A stretch of 64,000 nt of DNA, taken from contig OZ024744.1 of assembly GCA_964016885.1 (NCBI GenBank), forward strand, positions 56,978,001 to 57,042,000, read 5' to 3'. Positions within the stretch are counted from its first letter, which is position 1. Every line of letters starts with the position of its first letter. Source of the stretch: Eledone cirrhosa. Lineage: Eukaryota. Position numbers and translations under genes: made by a program. Under the pieces are notes generated by a model. The model had not been told where the DNA came from, made no database searches, and saw nothing but the letters and a program-made list of their open reading frames with translations. Positions 51,431-64,000 of the stretch are shown piece by piece.

Positions 51431-53712
51431 TTACCTAAGCCGAATCCTCTGTGGATTGACTGGTTGGAACCAGCTCAACCTACCCTAGGTGAATGATGAC
51501 ACATGTACAATATGTGGGTCTGTTTGAGTGCCTCTTCTGTTCACATTTGACATCACTAGCTCAGATGGTAATACTTGTTTGCATCTTGCATAAACAGATT
51601 CTGCTGATTGGCAGTAAAATGTGTGAAAATTCATACCTTACTTGGAAAACAATTGAGGATTAACATCAGGTAGTGTATCTGGCTATAGATTTCTGCCTCA
51701 GTTTCATTCAACCCATGCATCAAATAAAAAAAAATGTGAAACTGATGATAGTAGATATTGAGGATTGTGGTTAGGATAGATAGACAGACAGACAGACAAA
51801 TGGAAACATAACAATGAATATTTATTATTTATTATTTATTGGATGTTTGAAAATATAGAAGCTCGTCAAGGAAAATCTACCATCAGAAAGTTGAAGAGGG
51901 GGTTAGAATTGTATAGGCCAAGAATAGCAGATATCTGTTGAATGTCTTGATTTTCAAAATATGTGGTCGGACTGTTTAAGGAAAGAATTGCTGGGCAAAT
52001 TTACAGGCAAAACCAACCAGTGGGAGGTCCCAATCAAGATGGTTGAATAACAGGGATCCAGCGGGATCAATTGAAGACATTTGCTCCTAAGAGGACCCAC
52101 TGGAAGGCATGCTTGAGAACTGCCCCATGACCCTCCCAGGAATAAGAGGACCAAGAAGAAGAAAATATTTTCTACAAAATACATGCTGGGCAGTTTTCAG
52201 TCACCTGTTCTTTTTCTGGCCCCCACTACTCTTCCCTAATTTATCTTTTCTCTCATTTCAGTTCCCTTCATCTATTCTCATTGTGAGGAAAATCTCTCAA
52301 ATATTTCTTCTTCCATGCAGTTTACAATGAAATTTAGTTGATACCACTCAAAATATTTGTCGACATTTTGCAAAATTCTACATCATGCTTTTAGTGCATT
52401 AAACTTGTTTTAGTTCTCTGTAGTCACAGTGGATTATTAATTTAGATTTATGTAAAGGCGTATTCAATGTTTCATTAGCATCGCCATTGTCAACATCATT
52501 ATTTTGCGTCTTCCTTCTATGCTGCTATCTAGTTGGACAGATAGAAAAAGGGTGTTGAGTGTCCTTTCAAATACACAATCATTGCATTTTTGTCAATAGA
52601 TGGACACCATACTGGAGTTGGTAATTTGCAAGCAGCTGGTCAACATTGCATCAGCAGCTGGTCGTTTATAACAACTGCTGTTGCTTAGTTCATCTAGGCA
52701 ATTGCAAGGACGCTCAGACTAACTTCTTTTTCATACCTGTGGACACCTGAATTGATGAGAATACCATGTCGTTGGCAGAAGTTGCGTGTTCTGACAGATA
52801 ATGACCATTTCACAAGTTCACCTATAGAAACCTTATTACAACTTTCACTTCCTGTAACTAATTGGGTTCGACTGTTTTCTCTGGGCCATCAGAGCGCACT
52901 GATGATGGGCAACAAACTGGCCTGACCACTAAAGTGAAATGCTGCTGTGTGGCCTGTGGACTTTCTAGCCAGTTCCAAGAACCTCATTGGATTGTTCAAT
53001 CAATATTAAAATACCTTTAATCTTGCTATGAATGTATGATTATCGTTACCTCATCATATGGATAAGATTGATTGCATCTCACTGATTGCATCTCACTGTT
53101 GTCTCCATTTGTCAGCATTTACTTATTATTAGATGCTAAATAGTTTGTTACCTCATAAATTTATCAGCTATCTCTAGTGGGACATTTGAGCAGTTCATGG
53201 GTGTCTCTACTAACTTTTACTCTACTTTATCTGAGATTCTGCTACAGAATGCATTTCACTTTTTTGTGTACCCATTATTTTTAATAACTTTGTATACAAT
53301 TGTTGTTTTATCCCTCTTTTAAGGTGAAGCTTAGCAAATCCTTGACAATTATAGCTTTTTATACTGGCTGCTTTACTTCAATGAATTGCCGCTTTTATTG
53401 CAAGATCATGTTATCTGCCAGTCATAATTCCTATCAGAAGAAAGCAGGATATGAACTCCAGAACATACAGAACCAGATTAGATATTACAAGACCTACAAT
53501 TTAACTATTTGACAGTTCAACCAATACACTGCCTTTCATCCTATCGGGATCTATAAATAAAGTACCAGTTCAAGGGCAAATTTTACTTTGACAGGATTTG
53601 AACTGTGCGCGCACAGATCTTGAACAAATACAAAGTATTAAATGTCTATATATTTCCTTCCTGTATATTCCGTTAGGATACTTTCTAATGCACACAAAAA
53701 ATGAAAACAATT

Positions 53713-53713
<1 letters not shown>

Positions 53714-53750
<37 letters not shown>

Positions 53751-54324
53751 TTTACGTCCGCTTTTCCCTGTTTGCAAGGGTTGGACGGGTCCTATTCAGC
53801 ACAGCATCTCTCCACTTGTCACGGTCCTTTGTCATCTCCTCCGTGAGTTTCAGTGATCTGAGGTCTGCTCTCACCACCTCCGCCCATGTTTTTTGTGGTC
53901 TACCTCTACTGCGCCTTCTTTCTTCTGGGATTTCTTGGCACTTCTTTACCCAGCGGTCATCCTCCATGCGCATCACATGTCCATACCATCTCAGTCTTCT
54001 CTCCTGCACACCACAACTTATCCCTCTTATACCAAGTTTCTTTTTCAACTCGTCCATGCTTGGTCATTCACGCACATTGACATTGCACATCCAACGGAGC
54101 ATGCTTCATTTCTCTCCAGCCGTCGCATATCCTCTGCAGTTGCTGCCCATGTCTCACTACCATGTAGCATCGCGCATCTCACACAGGCATCATATAACCG
54201 TCCTTTCATACGCAGGGAGAAACCCTTCTTTGTCAACAGAGGAAGCAGCTCCCTAAACTTCTTCCAACCCGTCCTTATTCTAGATACTATGGTCTCGGAA
54301 CACCCCTCCCATGCTAATCTGATC
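53714..54324 (-). mobile_element. RTE 3' part, short-tail subfamily
   Basis: ORFs 54045-54326 and 53752-54057 (one frameshift) end ...RTRPTLANREKRT*, followed immediately by (GAT)n. Confidence 0.92.
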
Positions 54325-54611
54325 ATCTTCGAAAAAGATTTAGTAAATTTTACCTTTAAAAATAAAAAAAATTGTATTTAAGGTGGGAAATATTTATTTG
54401 TCCTAAAATAGTATTATTTAACCCTTTTGTAGCCATATTTCCAATAAAATACACTGTCCAAAAGTTTCAATTTTAAAAATAATCAAGAATTTGGAGGGAT
54501 TTAGTAAAATATATTCAATTTTTCTATTAAGTTGATGTTGTAACAATTTAATAGAAAAGGATTTTACATAAAGTTGATAGAGCATTTCAATTAAATTATG
54601 AACATTTTTAA

Positions 54612-54827
54612 CCCTTTAGCATTTAAACCAGCTGTATCCGGCCAGAATTACCTCACCTTTTTCTGTTCAAACTGGCCACTGATACTGATGTTAAGGTATT
54701 GTTCTCAAAATATATAACATCAAAATTTCATAGATTCGATATTATGTGAGATAATTTTGTGAGATAAAGCCTTTACCATACCACGAAAATACAATAGTAT
54801 ATATAGAGTAATGTAAATACTAAAGGG
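54612..54827. mobile_element. TTAA-flanked MITE, family 1
   Basis: TTAA|CCCTTTAGCATTTA...TAAATACTAAAGGG|TTAA. Confidence 0.85.
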
Positions 54828-55238
54828 TTAAGATCAGTTGTGTAACAAACTAGGGGTAGTGGAATGCTGGAATTTTTATTCTGGTAAGATGCTTTACAAT
54901 ATCTGTTCTAGTTTTGTGTGTTGAGTACAAATCCTATCTATTACTGGAAAAGCAGTGGTTTCTGCAAGGAGTTGCAACCAATGTAGCTTCCTTGGTCAGA
55001 TCTTCTATCATAAAAAAAAAAAAACAGTTAGTCTCAGGTAGGTTGGTATCAATAGAGTTAAATTATGACTAAGCTAGTTCCATTTTGTTTTGAAAGTATT
55101 ATCCCCAAGCCACCTAAAACTGTCCTTGGTTCTTCAATACTGTTTATTTATCTGAAAACCATCCATTATAATTTTATGTAAGAATCTTGTGTTTAATAAT
55201 GTTCCAAACATCACATTATTAATGAGTCATTTACATCT

Positions 55239-55270
<32 letters not shown>

Positions 55271-55275
<5 letters not shown>

Positions 55276-55826
55276 TGAACGGCAAAGCATAAATGAATTG
55301 AAAGACTGAGCATAAGAGGAATCAAATGCTGTGTGCAGGAGAGGCAGTTGCGTTGGTATGGACATGTGATGCGTATGAAGGATGACAGCTGCATAAAAAG
55401 GTACAGAAGTGGAGTAGGGCGACCCAAGAAGACCTGGGGTGAGGTGATAAAAGCCGACCTTATCGAATTGCACCTCTCAAAGACGATGACACACGACTGT
55501 GACCTCTGGCATCACGCAATAATACAGAAGACCCGACTTCCCATGGGTACAAGCCGAAGCTGAAACATATCGACAATATGCCCCCCGCTCCCCCCAGCTG
55601 CAAAGTGGTCGTGGAGGTGCCATGGTAAAAAAAGCACCCAGCCCACACTGTAAAGTGGACGTGCAGGCGCCATGGAAAAAAAGGCACCCAGCACTCATTG
55701 TAAATGAGGTTGGTGTTAGGAAGGGCATCCAGCTGTAGAAATCAAGCCAAAATCATTTCTGCCTACAACAAGACAACCTGTCTAACCCATGCTAGCATGG
55801 AAGAACGGACGTAAAACGATGATGAT
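55271..55826 (+). mobile_element. RTE 3' end with SINE-like 3'UTR
   Basis: QERQLRWYGHVMR...GRPKKTW; same subfamily as 22378-23464. Confidence 0.9.
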
Positions 55827-55960
55827 ATCTATATATATAATGACTTTACTTGAAATTCTCATGTGGTGCAAAAAAAAAAATTTATATATATTTCTTAAAT
55901 ATTTCCATTTATTAAAATGTTTTGTCACAATATTTTCAGTTAATATTTGAATATTTATAG

Positions 55961-56160
55961 ATGCTCCAATGACTGAACGTGAACAGCTGTTCATCAAGAA
56001 AATCCAGCAGTGTGGTGTTCTGTTTGACTTTGTACAAGACCCACTTAGTGACTTAAAATGGAAAGAAGTAAAAAGAGCTGCTTTAAATGAAATGGTAGAA
56101 TATGTTTCACAAAACAGAGGTATATTGACAGAACATATATATCCCGAAGCAATACAGATG
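55961..56160 (+). CDS. PPP2R5D: PP2A B56 regulatory subunit exon (200 nt)
   Basis: tatAG|AT GCT...CAG ATG|GTttgt; [66 protein letters not shown]. Confidence 0.97.
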
Positions 56161-57482
56161 GTTTGTATTCAGTATAAACTTTTCTTTTAAATAATTTTTT
56201 CATAACATGCATACACACATTGATTATAAGGATTGCTTCCTGGATTGCTCATATAGTTTTTTTTTTTCCTTGTTAACTCCTAACATTCAGTACCACATGA
56301 AATAGCACTATGACTGCATTATATTAAAAATAGTTTTTATCCTAATATTGCAATTTTTCATAATGATTTGATCTAGTAAAGATATTATAAAAATTTAAAA
56401 TTACAAATCTGTTTTTAGATATTTTTTGCTAAATCATTACAAGAAGTTGAGTTAGATTGTTCAGAGGAAGAAACCTTATTTGATCTAGAGCCTGTTAAGC
56501 TGCATGCTGAAAATGTAACAACAATGTTATGTTTTATTTGTATATTTTGTGTGTGTAAAGCCTGCTAATGTTTGAAGACCTAGAATAAACATAATTAAGG
56601 CTATATCAACGAATGCATATTTATTTTTCAAAAATACTGTATGTAGTTATGTATAAGTTGCAGCTTTTCCACGAAAGTGATGTAGAAAAACCGTTGTGAT
56701 TTTTCTACTGTACCTATAAAACCTCTTGTAAATATATGTAAAATGGAGGTGTGACATATGAGTGCATATAAATACCCACACACACCACATACACACTTGT
56801 GTATAAATTGGTTATTTCGCCATGAAAATATGACTTGAATAGCCATCATGCAACATATCTATTACACCTACAAGACCTCAATTCAAAATATATGGTACAC
56901 TGTAAATGTTGTATATAAATGGGAATGTGACTTATCTGCTGGTGGTATGACTTACACATAGTATCAACAGTTGTCGTTAAAGAGAACAAGTGCAATATTC
57001 AGATCAGTTCCTTATTTGTAATTACTTATTACAAGGTAGAAATCAAGAAAGTTAAATATAATTCCGTGTTAAACATGTTTATGGAGATCAAAGTCTGTCT
57101 GAACAACACAGACTTCATTCTCACCTTCACCTACCAAGTACCAAATGTTCATTCTGAACAAAACTCTGGGACAAAAATCCACAACCTGGGATATTGTCTT
57201 TAGTGAGCAGCTGGTAAAACCAGAAGGGACTGGATTAAAAACAAAGACACAGATATTTGGTATACCTATCAGTTAATTTGTAGCTCAATGAGTAAAATAA
57301 TTTGGTCACTGGCAGGTCTTTGTGGGTTTTAAAGCCAGAAGAAGATGGCCATACTGGTACCTGATTGATGAAATCACAGACACACATCACACCCAAAGCA
57401 TGACACTACTACAGGCCTCTCATCGTGTTGCAAATCACCAGTTTCATCTTCCCGGTAGAAGTGACTGGACCACAGGAAAAAA

Positions 57483-57586
57483 AAAAGTGGAGTTGTCAAG
57501 TTATATACTTCTATTACTTGTTTATCACTCTGACAAAAGTGGAGTTGTCAAGTTATATACTTCTATTACTTGTTTATCACTCTGAC
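57483..57586. repeat. Perfect 52-bp tandem duplication
   Basis: aaaagtggagttgtcaagttatatacttctattacttgtttatcactctgac, two copies. Confidence 0.95.
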
Positions 57587-57856
57587 TTCTGAATACAAAC
57601 ATTGGTATGAGAACTGGCATCAATCTATAAAATGTGCTCCAATCACCTTTCTTCTTTTGTAAAATTGTAATAATTATAGGATGAGTTGCTATTATTAAAA
57701 CAGCCTAGGGACCTCTTATGAGATTAAACTTCATAGGGGTCCAGCTAAAACTATGCAGGATTAAACTGTAACAACAAAGTTCTTGTGCACTTTATATCTT
57801 TCATCTACTTCCCAAATTTTACACCAAACTTAAAGAAGCACAATAGACATCTTTAA

Positions 57857-58472
57857 CCCTTAATGTCCTGTACCCCATGAAACTTCATTATTTGCAAGAT
57901 ATTTTTGAAAAATACAAAACTACTACGACTACATTACACTAAAAATTAAAGTCTTTACTGTTTTCTTTTTCCTTGTCCACCTATTCCGTGGAGAGTCATG
58001 GGGGCAGTCCACAAGCAGACTTTTCAGCAGGTTCTTTCAGAAGCAAATGTCTCCAATTGATTTGGCTGGATCCCTAAGTGAGACCTGTCAAGCACATGGA
58101 TGTTATCCTATCCAACTGTCTTGTTCAGAGTTACTTACTTGTGAAGATGAGTTGCAATGTGTCTGGTGCCAAGCTGTACTGGTTTTTGCCTTTCCCTTAG
58201 TCAGCATCTGTGGCATTGAGATAGGAGACTAGTATGCATGGGTGACTGCTGTGCTTCCACAAAAACACTTTGTCTGGGCTTGTGCCTCCGAAGGAAACTT
58301 TCTAGGTGTAAAACCAATGGTCATTCATGACTGAAGACGGTCTTTACTTTAATACTGGACATTTTTTAACAACCTATCCACTAGTAAAGATTCTATAAGC
58401 ATGTGAAATTAAAAAGAAATTCACATGTTTTTATAAATATTTTTTGGCTAAATCATTACAGGACATTAAGAG
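57857..58472. mobile_element. TTAA-flanked MITE family 2 with nested insertion (about 57960-58339)
   Basis: TTAA|CCCTTAATGTCCTGTA...TACAGGACATTAAGAG|TTAA; the nested segment is bracketed by GTCTTTACT direct repeats. Confidence 0.7.
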
Positions 58473-58857
58473 TTAATAGATTTTAGTATTTATATTTAGT
58501 TAAAACTGTATTTGAAGTTTTTGTTAATTTATTTTATGATGGTTTTGATGTGTCATATTGATTTGTTAACATAGCATCTTGACATGGATAACAAATATTT
58601 CTTTCACTGAAGATATTTAACTGTTTAAAATCAAGTAGATATGTATATATTTAAAATGTTTTGGGTTTTTCTTACTACAGGAGTAAAGAACAGTTTCAAA
58701 TAAATACCCAGTACAAATTTATTGAGAATATATTTATTTTGTCTGGATAATTTGTGAAATAATATTCTCAAATATTTTGTATTAAGTATTCATTTCAAAC
58801 GGTTCCTCCTTATTGTTGCATATATGATATATATTTTCAAGTTTTATAATTTTTCAG

Positions 58858-58968
58858 TTTGCTGGAAACTTGTTCCGAACATTACCCCCTTCTTCAAATC
58901 CTAGTGGAGCTGAATTTGATCCCGAAGAAGATGAGCCAACTTTAGAGGCTGCATGGCCACATTTACAG
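58858..58968 (+). CDS. PPP2R5D: PP2A B56 regulatory subunit exon (111 nt, acidic loop)
   Basis: ttttcAG|TTT...TTA CAG|GTtctt; [37 protein letters not shown]. Confidence 0.98.
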
Positions 58969-59066
58969 GTTCTTATATACTTTCATTAATCATTCTGAAA
59001 ACATTTTGTTTCTTTATATTCAATGGCTGCATCCCTTTATAGTTTCTAAGTCTGTCACAAATTTAA

Positions 59067-59308
59067 TCCTTTCTTTACCATATTTTGAATGAAAGACACT
59101 GTCTTTAATTTTTAAATAATTTTGAAAATAATCAAGAATTTAGTAAAATAACTTTCTCTTTATTAAGCTGGTGTTTGGAACGTAATTTAACAAAGGTTCT
59201 TACATAAAATCATGATGGATGGTTTTTAAATACATATAAACACCTTAAAATAAATAGTTTTGCACTGTAGAACAAGGGGCAGTTTCAAGCTGTTTGGTAC
59301 CAAAAGGG
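59067..59308. mobile_element. TTAA-flanked MITE, family 3 (older)
   Basis: TTAA|TCCTTTC...ACCAAAAGGG|TTAA; relatives near 29528-29760, 33432-34183, 41548-41757 and 54422-54600. Confidence 0.65.
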
Positions 59309-59982
59309 TTAACTTAACTGAAAAATTAGTCAAAATATGTGTCCTTGGTCATGGTATGAAAGTAGATGAGTCAATTAGATTGTAGGTTTAGTAATTATTT
59401 CTATAGTGAATTTAAATTTAGAAATCCATTTATAATTAAAATGCTTTGAAAAGATTTTTATTTTTTTTATTTTATTTATTTTTTTTATTCAATTGTTTAG
59501 TCAGGGAAGGAAGAGTAAAGCCCATGACTGTTTTCAGGGCTTCAGGAACTGGAGAATGTATTTCAAACCCAAAACAGGGCTTCACTAAAGGTACCTAATA
59601 AGTCTGCCACCCAAGGACCAGGCGCTTGTGTTAAACTGGATGGCAGTTTGTCTATCAGTGAAGTAAGTTAAGGTGGGGTTTGAACTCAGATGAAAAGAGC
59701 TGGAACAACTACCACAAGGCAACTTGTCCAATTCTCTGATAATTCTGCCAATTCACTACCATGGACTTGTATTTTGGCTTGTCAAACATGAAAAAATGAA
59801 AGGCAAAGTTGACCCTGGTGAATTTTAAACTCAGAATGCAGAAAGGTTGAACAAATACCTCAAAGTATTTTTTCCCCCTGTGCTCTACTGACTTCCTGGT
59901 ATCAAAAGGGTTAAGATATATTGCATTTGGTTGAAATAAAAAATAAATTGTTTTATAAATTATTTTTTCCTTTTTCTTTCAG

Positions 59983-60075
59983 CTTGTGTATGAATTTTTT
60001 CTACGGTTCTTGGAATCTCCAGACTTTTTACCTAACATAGCAAAACGGTATATAGATCAAAAATTTGTATTACAG
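59983..60075 (+). CDS. PPP2R5D: PP2A B56 regulatory subunit exon (93 nt)
   Basis: ctttcAG|CTT...TTA CAG|GTaatt; [31 protein letters not shown]. Confidence 0.98.
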
Positions 60076-60299
60076 GTAATTGCATTTGTTCTTTTATGAT
60101 TTATAATATTTAAGAGTATATTTTTTTAATGTGTGCTACTAATACACTTTGGTACTATTTCTGTTTATTTTACATTTTATACATTTTATATACCATTCAT
60201 ATCTTCTTTCCATGCGCCTTCAAACTTTGATAGGAGTCACAAGAATGCTTTTGTTTTTAAAAACCTGGTGGAGCCAATATTTCTCCAAGTGTGTGTGTA

Positions 60300-60585
60300 T
60301 GGGGAGTCATGTGGCCTAGTGGTAAGGGTGTTGGACTTACGATCATAATGTTGTGGGTTTGATACCTGGGTTATACGTTGTGTTCTTGAGCAAGACACAT
60401 CATTTTACGTTACTCCAGTAAACTCAGCTGAAAATGAGTACCAGCTATAGCTGGGGGTTTAACCCTGCGATGGACTGGCATCCTGTCCACGGGGGGGGGG
60501 TCTTGTACTCTGTCACTTCACGCCATGAAACTGGGATAAGCACTGGCCTTATGAGCTTTCTGGCTTAAGACAGGCTTAGACTTTT
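60300..60585 (+). mobile_element. tRNA-derived SINE (second family)
   Basis: TGGCCTAGTGG A-box, degenerate B-box GGGTTTGATACC, body ...aaccctgcgatggactggcatcctgtcc; older copy at about 14300-14545. Confidence 0.8.
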
Positions 60586-60646
60586 AGATATATATATATA
60601 GGGTAAAAATAAAAGTTGTAGCCGCAATGTAGCAGATAATTGTTAT

Positions 60647-60987
60647 ACATGGCTTAGTGGTTAGAGCATTGGCCTTGCAATCGAAAGGTTGTGAGTTCAA
60701 TTCTCAGACCGGGTGATGTGTTGTTTCCTTGAGCAAGACACTTTATTTCACATTGCTCCAGTTTACTCAGCTGTAGAAATGAGATGATAGGGACTGGAGT
60801 CCCTATCATTCCACTGCAAAGTGGTCGTGTAGGCGCCACGGCAAAAAAGCACCCAGCACTCACTGTAAATCAGGTTGGTGTTAGGAAGGGCATCCAGCTG
60901 TAGAAATCAAGCCAGAATCAGTTCCCGTCCCACCCTTGCAAGCAGGGAAAAGCGGACGTAAAATGAAATGATGATGATGATGATGAT
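60647..60987 (+). mobile_element. tRNA-headed SINE with RTE short-tail 3' end
   Basis: TGGCTTAGTGG / GAGTTCAATTCT boxes; ends cccttgcaagcagggaaaagcggacgtaaaatg, matching the RTE terminus at 53750-53790. Confidence 0.88.
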
Positions 60988-62059
60988 ACTCATGTGCATA
61001 CATACACATTCTGTAAAGGTTTACTGTTGGTGTTATTATAAAATGCATCCAGTTCACCCTGTTAAGTGGTTGACATTAAGAAAGATACCTAGTATGTGTT
61101 AAATTATGGAACATATGAGCAAGACAACAGCTCTCTGACCAGTCTAGTTTCAGACCATGACAACCTACCCAACTCATGCTGGTATGGAAAGTGGTTGTAA
61201 AATGGTCATAATATATATATATAATATACATCATATATACTGTTAGCTAAATATATAGCATGTAAATAATTAAAAATATAGTTTGTTTATTGTAATATTC
61301 AGCACACTAGTTTCTAAAACTAGAGTGCACCAACGAGATTGACGTAGTTTGAAATAACTTGATACATTAATAAATCTTTATCTATATTATTTTACTATAA
61401 AATACATGGATGTAACATATGGCTGAATGGTTAAGAAATCTGCAGAAATCTGCTTTGCAATAATTAGATTTGATTTCACTACGTGGTACTATTTACCATA
61501 CTTTTGGGTCAACTCAAACCATGTGAGTGAAATTGAGTAGGTGAAAACTGTTTGGAAGCCCATCACATGGACTATCTGTAATTCAAAGAGCTGGCTTTAT
61601 CACATGATTTATCATGCTATATCTCCCTCTAGATGCGTCTGTGAAATTCTCAATCACATATTGAAGTCATAAACAGGCTGATCCATTGGTTGAACTACTA
61701 GAACACTCATTGTTGAAACTGATGGAGATCTATTCCAACTATAAAATATTATGTTGTACAAGTTTAATTTATCTGTTTGAAAATTTATTTTCTAGACTAT
61801 ACTGCATATTGATCTTGCAAATATTGTCCCCCCCCCCCCCCCGGTAGGTGTGGGGCGTGGTGGGGTGTGGGGGGTGAATATCATAGAAGCAACTTTAATA
61901 AATGCTAAGATTACTATTAAATTAAGAAAAAGATAATTCTCTTTATTTTTTTTCATTTAGTTTTTGACATGTGAGCAAATCTGATTTTGAAAGTGGTATC
62001 TTGATTCTTTTTTCTTTTTTTATTTATTTATTTATTTCTTTTTTTTTTATTTATTATAG

Positions 62060-62191
<132 letters not shown>

Positions 62192-63278
62192 TAAGATTTT
62201 GTTTTCATATATATATACTGAATTCTTAACATCCTGTACTATATGAGACCACATTAGCAAGATATTACCTAAGAAACTTTCTTTGGGATGCAACCTTGGA
62301 ATGCAGCCAGTTAAACCTACATAAGTGGTGAGAATTGTAAATTTTGTTTTTTTTTCATGACTGTATCACATTAAAAATTAAAATTGTCCACTAGTAGAGA
62401 CACTCTAAACATTTGAATTAATAAACCTGTTTTTAGAAATTTTCTGCTCAATCATTAGAGGATGTTAAGAGTTAGTTCTAAAGAAATCATTTCCGTTGAG
62501 TTATATTATGTAATTGCTGTAAACTGTTGGGTTTTATTTTTATACTTTTATTGTTGCTGTTTTCATATTTACTCAACTTAATGTTTGCATTTCTAATTGA
62601 GCCAAATAAACAGCTATAACTAAGAATTAAACCCAAAATATTTGTTCACAGGCAGCATTTTTTTATGGCTGTAAATTTATGGCAAAGTTATTAAGACATT
62701 GGAAAGAATATCTTGTGGTATATATTTTGGCTCTTGGGTGACTTTCCCTTTCATCCTTTTGGAGTCAATATCTGATGTATTAATGGAATTGTTAGAGCAC
62801 CAGACAAGATGCCTTGTGGTATCTGTTCAGGTATTTTGAACTAAAATTGTGCCTTGGTATTCAAATTCCAATGATGGTCAGGTATAATTACTCAACCATG
62901 GGACTACGTCTGATTATGAAAGCTACATCAGGTAGAGGAAGATGGTGGTTGATTGTTAAGTCAGATGATGATGATGTTGATGGCATTAATATTCATTCGT
63001 TAAAGACCAAAGTTTAGTATGTGGGATAGCAAACAGGACATTATCTAGCTGCTCCAGGGAAATAACAAATTCAGTATGCAGAAAGGTAAAGACTCACTAA
63101 CCATAGAAAGAAAACATTTAAGGACTACACTTCAACTAAGACATATTCAGCCATTAATCAACAGTAAAAACGTTTCTGTAATATATATGGTTTTTACCTT
63201 TCAAATTCTAAATCTCACCCTTAGCAGAGGAAAAAGAAAATATATCCTAAAATTTATAATCTGTCCTTTCAATTTCTA

Positions 63279-63492
63279 ACAACTTTTAGAATGACCTCAA
63301 CTAAAGCTTATGTTTTTTCAAACTTTGACCATTGACCAATGCTAAAAAGTTCCAGGCATGAAAAAACAAGAGATCTTATATTCACACTTAGTGAGAAGAA
63401 AAAGAAAATATACTTTCACAACTTTTAGAATGACTTCAACTAAAGCGTATGGTTTTTCAAATTTTGACCATTAACTAATGCTGAAAAATTCC
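63279..63492. repeat. Diverged direct repeat of about 75 bp, period about 139 bp
   Basis: acaacttttagaatgac(c/t)tcaactaaagc...tttgaccatt..c.aatgct at about 63279-63353 and 63418-63492. Confidence 0.8.
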
Positions 63493-64000
63493 TGACATTA
63501 ATATACAAAACATCTTCATGAAAGAATTTATGTACAAAACACAGTTCAATTTTTATATACATTGATTGACTTTCCAATCATTTCCAATTATTATACTGAC
63601 TTAATGCTTTAAAAAACTGCTTTGAAACTCATTATAAATTAATACACTTTTAAAGCTGGGTCTGTTTGATCTTTAATAATACATCTAAAATTTTAAAAAT
63701 AATGGTGGCATGCAAATGCGATGTGTACACTATGGGAAAAAGACAAAGTGACTGCACTGTACCAACACTAAAAAAATAGCCAGTTTTGGGGTATTTATTT
63801 TCACTTTTTCTGGATTTCCAGAACTCTGATAAATGGTTTGGTACTTGTATAAATCTTTAGATTATATAATAGGAACCAGCTGTATGGTGGAAATTAATGT
63901 TAAGAAACAGTTAGACCAAAACTTCTGGAGAATGTTCATAGCTTAATCTGAATTAAAATGGATATAACTGTAGAAGGAAGTAATCATTGTAGTGTAAACC

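Noticed and set aside
51870-52960. GC-richer segments that may be old transposon coding remnants
   Set aside because: No motif could be read with enough confidence to assign a family without a search.
60647-60715. tRNA genes at SINE heads (also near 28670-28738, 50745 and 60300)
   Set aside because: A/B boxes are present, but there is no complete cloverleaf and each runs into a SINE body.

Overview
Eukaryotic, very AT-rich animal DNA packed with microsatellites and transposons. The repeat content suggests a coleoid cephalopod such as octopus (inference, not verified). The only host gene I can support is a PP2A B56 regulatory subunit (PPP2R5C/D-like) on the + strand. Five GT-AG coding exons (44349-44517, 55961-56160, 58858-58968, 59983-60075, 62060-62190) splice into one frame. 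No start exon was found, so 1-44348 may be one very large intron, and the gene continues past the window end. The rest is mobile DNA: many RTE-clade LINE fragments (two near-identical young copies in opposite orientation), tRNA-derived SINEs, a decayed hAT (Buster/Charlie-type) transposon with an 8-bp TSD, a 5'-truncated Penelope-like GIY-YIG element between inverted pseudo-LTRs, a non-autonomous Helitron, TTAA-flanked MITEs, an L1/Tx1-like fragment with a 17-bp TSD, and several minisatellites. Four observations stand out. (1) Seven hammerhead-ribozyme-like motifs from about five sequence families; most share the layout ribozyme, AATAAA, about 50 nt, (TA)n. (2) The hAT element sits about 20 bp from the apex of a 260-bp-arm fold-back palindrome. 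(3) There is an apparent LINE-to-SINE-to-LINE exchange of 3' ends. (4) A C4HC3 PHD finger lies inside the RTE reverse transcriptase. All alignments were done by eye; no database searches were run. The many Y/I/T/H-rich ORFs in the track are microsatellite artefacts.
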